A stretch of DNA of 64,000 bases from assembly GCF_006345805.1 (NCBI RefSeq), contig NC_043015.1, forward strand, positions 47,244,001-47,308,000. Direction: 5' to 3'. Source of the DNA: Octopus sinensis. Taxonomy: Eukaryota. Below are positions 25,026-64,000 of the stretch, in pieces; position 1 is the stretch's first letter; every line of letters begins with the position of its first letter. Below the pieces are notes generated by a model. That model was given only the letters and a program-made list of their open reading frames with translations, was not told the DNA's origin and searched no databases. Both the position numbers and the translations under genes were made by a program.

Positions 25026-27171
25026 AGTAAGTATGTGTGTGTTTGTCCCACACCACTGCCTGACAACTGGTGTTGGTGTGTTTACATCCCTGTAACTTAG
25101 TGGTTCAGCAAAAGAGACCGAGAAAATAATTACCAGGTTTAAAAAAAATGAAGTACTGCATTTGACTAAAAATTCTTCAAGGTGGTGCCCCAGTATGGCC
25201 ACAGTCTAATGACTGAAACAAATGAAAGATAAAAGATATATTTGCAGGCAAAGGACAATTATGGATGTGTCAGAGATTTATTATAATCTCTACCACCACC
25301 ACTACCATATCACATGTTTTTTTTCTTTTCTTTTCAAAAATTTCCTCAGGTTTCTGTTTCCAACTATGGAGATTACAATTTAGCTTCAAAACCAGCTTTG
25401 CAAAATTTTAATTTCCTTCTCAACACCCACCAAATTTTTTTTGTTTTCTACTTACTCTTTTACTCTCTTTTATTTGTTTCAGTCATTTTGACTGCGGCCA
25501 TGCTGGAGCACCGCCTTTAGTCGAACAAATCGACCCCAGGACTTATTCTTTGTAAGCCTAGTACTTATTCTATCGGTTTCTTTTGCCGAACCGCTAAGTT
25601 ACGGGGATGTAAACACACCAGCAGTCAAGCGATGTTGGGGGGACAAACACAGACACACAAACATATACACACACATACATATATATATACATATATACAT
25701 ATATACGACGGGCTTCTTTCAGTTTCCGTCTACCAAATCCACTTACAAGGCTTTGGTCAGCCCGAGGCTATAGTAGAAGACACTTGCCCAAAGTACCACG
25801 CTGTGGGACTGAACCTGGAACCATGTGGTTGGTAAGCATGCTACTTACCACACAGCCACTCCTTATTCAATATTCTTTTTTAATTCCACAAAAAAAAATA
25901 TGGAGATTACCCTCCACGTCCCAACTTTGTTTTTCAAATTTTCAATGTTTTTAACCCACATCTAGGCTTTCAAAATACCTATACCCATACTATTTTTCTG
26001 GATGTTTTTTACTGCATATTTGCACCTAATTGAATCAGCAAATGAAATGAAGCTGGTCTCAGTGTGGTCACTCAACATGCTAGAAATAACAGTTACATCT
26101 CAGAAAAATATATTTTGATATTTCAATTTCTTAAAATCCTTCCTTCTCCAGTGATCAGAAGAACCATATCTACTTGGCAAAATTAAGGAATGCGTTAGTG
26201 TACTTGTTCCTGCTCTCTCCTAACCAAGCCTCCACAAGGTAAATAATTTCTTCATTCATGAGAAAGTGAAATAGAATTTTCATTCACATAATTCTGCTTT
26301 CTTCACAATGGTGTTGGACAAGTTTTAAGTTACTGTCAGGAAGGTCATAGTCCCGGGTTTAACAAAATTAGTACACCCTTAATTAGTATGCCCTTAAAAC
26401 TGCTGTCAATTGTTCAGCAATCATTGATGTGTTCAACTCAGTTTTCCTGTTAGCAATACATTTTATCTTTTTGTATGTTCTCATCTAACAAATCAATTTT
26501 CTTTCTTTCTTCCTTCCTTCCTTCCTTCCTTCCTTCCTTCCAGGTTACTGCCTGGAATTGAACTCGGAATCTTGGGGTTAGTAGCTCGCGCTCTTAACCA
26601 CTACGCCATATGCCCATGACTTAGTGGTTAAGAGCATGGGCTACTAACCCCCAAGATTCCGAGTTCGATTCCAGGCAGTGACCTGAATAATAGTAATAAT
26701 AATAATAATAATAACAATAATAATAATAATAATAATAGCAACATCGAAAAATACCTTAGGAATGAGAACCCAGGTTCGAAATTTCCCCAAGACACCTGAT
26801 GAAGGTTGGAGGGTATATCAGATGAAATGAGTTTACAAAAAACAAGATGAGGACAAATATCTGTCAATTGTAAATAATGTAAATAATGTACATAATTCCT
26901 CATCTCTTAAATATAGAACTGCAAAACATTGATGATTCAAATTCATTTGATAAGACCACTAGCAGTAAACTATTTTCATTCAACAACAAGGCAGCAGTTT
27001 GGGTAGCATACTTTTTGTTATACTCGTGACTCTGACCTTCCTGTCAGTCACAAGTATCCTTCTGCTAGTTTTTGGAATACCAATAAAAAAACAAGCAATA
27101 ATAAATCTCTGAACGAGGTGTAAACAGTAACTGCACAACAATGTGAGGTATACTTGCCATCTCAATATGGC

Positions 27172-27403
27172 TAACCACTAAGGGTGGGTGTTACTGTAGC
27201 TAATAGCCCCAGGAAAACATCGTCTCCAGCTGGCTTTAGGCACACTTTCTGTGCCCTTATGGTATTTGCAAAGGTAGGGAGGGAAGGGAGGGATGACCTC
27301 CCTTTGCAAATACCATAAGAGCACAGAAAGTCTGCCTAAAGCCAGCTGGAGACGATGTTCTCCTGGGGCTACAAGCTACAGTAACACCCACCCTTAGTGG
27401 TTA
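27172..27403. repeat. Long inverted repeat / foldback element (103-bp arms, 26-nt loop)
   Basis: Arms at 27172-27274 and 27301-27403 with 5 mismatches; the loop contains GGGAGGGAAGGGAGGG. Confidence 0.92.
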
Positions 27404-29221
27404 ATAAAAAAACAAAAAAACAAAAATGACCCCCTTCAGTCATAAATGGATCATGGGATTGCACTGAGAAAATTCCCCTCCAAGGCACAAGTCCAGGCAA
27501 GGTTGCCTTTGGAAGACCAGCAATCGCCCATGTATGCCAACATCCCTTCTCTATGTTAGTGATGTTATCCAAGGGAAAGGCAAAGGGGCCGATGCAGCCT
27601 GACACCAGTGATGTCGCTACTCCTTTCTGCAGCTGAGTGAACTGGAATAATGGGAAATAAAGTGTCTTACTCGAGAAAACAACACACAGCCCAGTCTAGG
27701 AATTGAACTTACTACCTCATGATTGTGAGCCCAACGCTCTAACCACTCTAACCATATGATATAAATAAGGAATGCATCAGCACACTTGCTTTCATTTCCC
27801 TTCCAACCATCATCAAAAAATTTGTTAAATTTTTTAACTCTTCTCTTTAATAATCCTTTCTACTATAGGCACAAGGCCTGAAATTTGAGGGAGAGGGCTA
27901 GTCAATTACATCGACCCCAGTGATCGATTGATTCTTAATTTACCAACCCTGAAAGGATGGAAAGCAAAGTCGACCTTGGCAGCATTTGAACTCAGAGTGT
28001 AGTGACGGGTGCAATACCTATTTCTTTACTACCCACAAGGGGCTAAACACAGAGAGGACAAACAAGGACAGACAAATGGATTAAGTCGATTATATCGACC
28101 CCAGTGTGTATCTGGTACTTATTTAATAAGGCAGCGAGCTGGCAGAAATGTTAGCACGTCTGCCGTTACGTTCTGAGTTCAAATTCTACCGAGGTCGACT
28201 TTGCCTTTCATCCTTTCGGGGTCGATAAATTAAGTACCAGTTATGCACTGGGGTCGATATAATCGACTTAATCCGTTTGTCTGTCCTTGTTTGTCCTCTC
28301 TGTGTTTAGCCCCTTATGGCTAGTAAAGAAATAGGTACTTATTTAATCGACCCTGAAAGGATGAAAGGCAAAGTTGACTTCAGCGGAATTTGAACTCAGA
28401 ATTTGAACTCAGAATTTGAACTCAGAACGGCAGACGAAATACTGCTAAGCATTTCACCCGGCGTGATAACGTTTCTGCCAGCTCACCAAAAGATAAAATA
28501 GAATTTGTATCCAAAACATTTTGCTTTCTTTGCCAAGTTGTTGGACAAATTTTAACGTTTCAGTCGATTTTTTTCATTTTCTCATGCTTTCCTTAGGAGT
28601 GGCTGTTCTTCTGATAAGAAACACAGCAATAATGCTTTTTAAAGTGTAGTGACTACACACATCTGAAAAAAGCTCTCCCCACCTTTCTTTCTCTTTATTC
28701 TCATCTCATTTTTACTTCCTTTCCGCCTACTTTCACATGTACCAACCAAAAATTTAAATGGACAACTGCTATGTGAATGCTGATATACAGCTCATTGGCT
28801 GAAAAAGGATTAAAAAGGGACATAACTCTGACAGGCTCAAAAACAAGCTTTTATTAGTTTTACCAGCTGCAATGCTATTGCCTACCTTTGTTGAGGGGTC
28901 TTGTCTTGTGAGTTACTTGGTGATCTCACTGGTGCCATTGTCACATAAAAACACTCAGTATACTCTGCTAACTAATTGGTATTAGGAAGGGCATTCAGCC
29001 ATAGAAATCATGCCAAGTAGACATTCCCCGTTACTTAGCGGTTCGGCAAAAGAGACCGATAGAATAAGTACTGGGCTTACAAAAGAATAAGTCCCAGTGT
29101 CGAGTTGCTCAATTAAAGGCGGTGCTCCAGCATGGCCGCAGTCAAATGACTGAAACTAGTAAAAGAGTATTCAGCGTAGTCCAGTTCTCTGGTTCACCAG
29201 CTCTTTGTCTATCTGTCTAGC

Positions 29222-29420
29222 CCAGTGAAGGGCAACCTGTGGCTCGTGAGGCCCACATGTGGGAAGCTCGTGAGACTTTCTGAATGGCATGCCACTGAAT
29301 TCTATTTTTAAGTCAATTCATTTAACTCTTTTATTGCAAAATTAAATTTCATGGTTATTCCAATAGAATTTATAAAGGGCCTCGAAGGTTCATGATACCT
29401 GCGGAGTATCACCTTCTCCC
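29222..29420 (+). mobile_element. hAT-like MITE end; related inverted fragment at about 20821-20915
   Basis: cagtgaagggcaacctgtggc terminus; the two fragments share gactttctgaatggcat. Confidence 0.45.
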
Positions 29421-30820
29421 ATTACAATTATTTTGACTTGTAGCATCAGGTACATTAGCACCCACTTTATTATCAATATTCTTACAACAAGCATCTCTAG
29501 ATATTTTCTTCAGTTATGCTTTTTGTTTATAAGGCCACTCACTGTTCATTCACAAAATTCCTGTGCTATCCCTTGTCATTCTAAGATCAGGGAATATGGT
29601 TAGACTATGTTTAGCTGATTGATGGAAATTGTAGCTGTGATACCAGTGCCGATGACACGTAAGAGGACCATCCGAACGTGGCCGTTGTCAGTGCCGCCCC
29701 GACTGGCCTCCGTGCCGGTGGCACATAAAATGCACCATCCAACCGTGGCCGTTGCCAGCCTCGTCTGGCCCCGTGCCAGTGGCACGTAAAAAGCACCATC
29801 CGATTGTGGCCGTTTGCCAGCCTCGTCTGGCACTTGTGCAGGCAGCACGTAAAAAGCACCCAATACACTCACGGAGTGGTTGGCGTTAGGAAGGGCATCC
29901 AGCTGTAGAAATACTGCCAGATCAGACTGGGCCTGGCGCAGCCTTCTGGATTCCCAGACCCCAGTTGAACCGTCCAACCCATGCTAGCATGGAAAGCGGA
30001 CATTAAACAATGATGATGATGATGGCTGAAGTTATCACCAAACATGCAAAGATCAGATTCAATTCCCCAACTGAATTCTATATTTACTTAGATTTCAGGG
30101 TTGTCTTCATTGCCCTTCTTGAACAGAATCAGTCATTGAAGCAAGGGATTCCTTCTCAACTCCACAAGTTTAATTTTAATTAAATAAAATGCCTTCATCC
30201 AATGTAAAAATGCTCACTTTAATTGTCATTTTTTTAGCATTTCAGTTAGGTCTTTTTTTTAATCCTCTTAATTCTATTTTAAAATCTATTTCTCATCTGA
30301 AATAATTATACTTTTATTTAACCCATTAGCATTTAAACCAGCTATAGCGTCACCTGACTGGTGTCCGTGTCGGTGACACGTAAAAGCGCCAACCGATCAT
30401 GGCCGTTTGCCAGCCTGCGCTGGCTCCTGTGCCGGTGACATGTAAAAAGCACTCACTACACTCACGGAGTGGTTGGCGTTAGGAAGGGCATCCAGCTGTA
30501 GAAACACTGCCAGATCAGACTGGAGCCTAGTGCAGCCTCCATGGCTTACCAGACCCCGGTCGAACCGTCCAACCCATGCTAGCATGGAAAACGGACATTA
30601 AATGATGATGATGATGATATCTGGCCAAAATATTCTACCTCTTTTAAGCTCAAACTAGGCAGATCAGGCCTCTCACACCAAACTTACAATATAATTTTAA
30701 AAATTAACAATAACCTCATCAAAATCTCAGAGCTACAAGATAATCCATGATTAATTCAAAACAATGTGAATAAATAAGTGTTCGTTTTGACAGAACAATG
30801 TGAATGCTAAAGGGTCAAAT

Positions 30821-31298
30821 GTTTAGTTAAGTTAAGTTAAGTTAATTTTTTGGCTCAAAAAGCGAAAAGCAAGGCCATGTAGGGGGACATGGAGTTATGT
30901 ACAGGGAGGGTGTTCATGCAAAGAGTTCAGGCCATTTCTGGTCAAGAGAGACTTTGAACCGAGCGGTCGTCAGCATCTTCACTATCTCATCCGGCAGCTT
31001 ATTCCACGGATCTGCAACCCAGACGGAGAAAGCCCCTCTCCTTTGATTGAGATGAAATCGTCGCAGATAGAGCTTTTTGGAGTGACCCCGCAGCTGATGC
31101 TTTGGAGCAGGAGTGAAGAACAGCTCTTTTGAGAGGTTACACTTTCGCTTATGATGTTGTGAGCAAGAATGAGGTCACTACGGCGTTGTCGTTTTTCTAG
31201 AGAATAAAGGTCGAGCGTCTTCAGCCTTTCTTCATAAGACCAATGTTTGAGGCCAAGAACCATGCGGGTAGCTAGCTTCTGGACTCTTTTGAGATGTT
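30821..31298 (-). mobile_element. CR1-clade LINE 3' fragment with short tandem-repeat (TTAAC-type) tail
   Basis: LKHWSYEERLKTLDLYSLEKRQRRSDLILAHNII, typical of the CR1 RT C-terminus; 3' UTR shared with the 55114-55430 copy. Confidence 0.8.
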
Positions 31299-31342
31299 TA
31301 GTTTAACATTTATTTTAATAAACTGACCTCCATTTGAAAATA

Positions 31343-31911
31343 TTGGGTTGTCCAGAAAGTTCATGCCGATTTTTTTTTAAAGGAAAGAAAAAGGTCAATA
31401 AACCTTGCCATTACATTTTTAATCAACCAAATATGAACCATTTTGTTGCACAATGTGTCTCCATCTTTCCTTTAACTTGAAAATACCCTCTTCCCAGAAT
31501 TGAGGTGGTTTCATGGCAAAGAATTCATCAAAGTATCTTTTTACGTCATCCAAGGAATTGAAATTTTTACCATTAAGACTATTCTGCAGAGACCTGAATA
31601 AGTGGAAATTCAAAGGAGCAATATCTGGTGAATATGGAGGGTGGGGTAACACATCCCAGCCGAGCTGCAGCAATTTCTGTCTGGTTCCCAAAGCATCAAG
31701 TGCCGAAAATGAACTTTCATATCTTCCATTTTAAAGCATTACGGAATTAACACAGGTTATAGGAACATAAACCTTCTTCCACGAAAAGATAGATTAAACT
31801 GTGCTCTAAATGGAGGTGTAGTCAAATCCTATTTCATGGACTCAACCATCTTCTAAAATAAGTTGAAAGGTAAGCTGCTCTAAATCAACACAAACTTTCC
31901 AGACAACCCAG
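31343..31911 (-). mobile_element. Internally deleted mariner element (non-autonomous)
   Basis: TIR ttgggttgtccagaaagtt, TA target sites, and transposase C-terminus with HPPYSPDIAP...FRSLQNSLNGKNF. Confidence 0.9.
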
Positions 31912-31965
31912 TATATTCTTCTAAATATTTAATTTCAAAAGTACACATTAATTTATAAATACTGA

Positions 31966-31971
31966 TTTATT
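31966..31971 (-). terminator. Candidate poly(A) signal of the dynein gene
   Basis: AATAAA on the minus strand about 100 nt after the stop codon, followed by T-rich sequence and then a mariner TIR. Confidence 0.4.
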
Positions 31972-32067
31972 GAATATCAAAATAGTTTGTATTTTTAGCA
32001 CAAATTTAATTTTTCATAGAAATTTAAGTTCAGTCAATCGCAACACAACAATATTATTTTGTATATT

Positions 32068-63482
<31,415 letters not shown>

Positions 63483-63502
63483 CTGAAAAACAAAACAAAA
63501 CA

Positions 63503-63503
<1 letters not shown>

Positions 63504-63539
<36 letters not shown>

Positions 63540-63656
63540 TAATAATAATAATAATAATCATAATGATGATGATGATGATGATGAGGAGGAGGAGGAGGAG
63601 GAGGAGGAGGAAGAGGAGAAGAAGAAGAAGAAGAAGAAGAAGAAGAAGAAGAAGAA
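63504..63656. repeat. Compound trinucleotide microsatellite (AAT)n(GAT)n(GAG)n(AAG)n
   Basis: Directly visible, about 20 nt from the exon A acceptor; source of the poly-L/I/N/R ORFs. Confidence 0.95.
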
Positions 63657-64000
63657 AAATAGGTGTCTGCATGGCTGTGTGATAAGAAGCTTGCTTCCCA
63701 ACTACATGTTTCTGGGTTCAGTCCCACTGCATAGCACTTTAGGCAAGTATCTTCTACTATAGCCTCAGGCCGACCAAAGCCTTGTGAGTGGATTTGGTAG
63801 ACAGAGACTGAAAGAAGCCTGTCACACACACACATGTATATACACATATGTATGTATATATCTATGTGTGTGTACCTTTGTGTTTGTGGGTGTTTGTCTC
63901 CTTGCCGCAGCTTGACAACCAGTGATGGTTTGTTTTCGTCCTCCTAACTTAGCAGTTTGGCAAACAGAAATTGATAGAATAAGTATCAGGCTTTAAAGAA

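Noticed and set aside
24508-25202. Six overlapping ORFs in the GC-rich island
   Set aside because: Stop-codon scarcity from high GC explains them; no protein family was recognised.
26786-26835. Hammerhead-like CTGATGA...GAAAT in a Penelope-like fragment
   Set aside because: Stem II and the GAAAC-GUH/stem I side are too degenerate to fold; at best a dead relic.

Overview
AT-rich, repeat-dense eukaryotic genomic DNA. The SINE/LINE repertoire is characteristic of an octopus (coleoid cephalopod); this is inferred from recall of those families, not from a search. Three intron-containing genes lie on the minus strand. (1) The 3' end of an axonemal inner-arm dynein heavy chain of the DNAH6 type: 21 exons at 32068-63482, 1062 codons plus stop, all GT-AG and phase-consistent, covering AAA5 to the C-terminus. 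(2) A complete SPRYD7 gene: 5 exons at 10855-22400, 196 aa. (3) The first coding exon of a CMC4 twin-Cx9C protein (1446-1512). Almost all ORFs in the supplied track are SINE or microsatellite noise. Introns and intergenic DNA hold at least three tRNA-type SINE families, RTE and CR1-like LINE fragments, Penelope-like ends, mariner, piggyBac, pogo and hAT derivatives, and a Helitron. The most interesting unannotated signals are a structurally complete minimal hammerhead ribozyme at 23430-23488, a second three-copy hammerhead-like family, a duplicated decoy splice acceptor and a displaced exon copy inside the dynein gene, a set of dynein substitutions that A-to-I editing could reverse, a 217-bp SINE tandem array facing inverted copies across SPRYD7 exon 3, and several long hairpins, one with a G-quadruplex loop.
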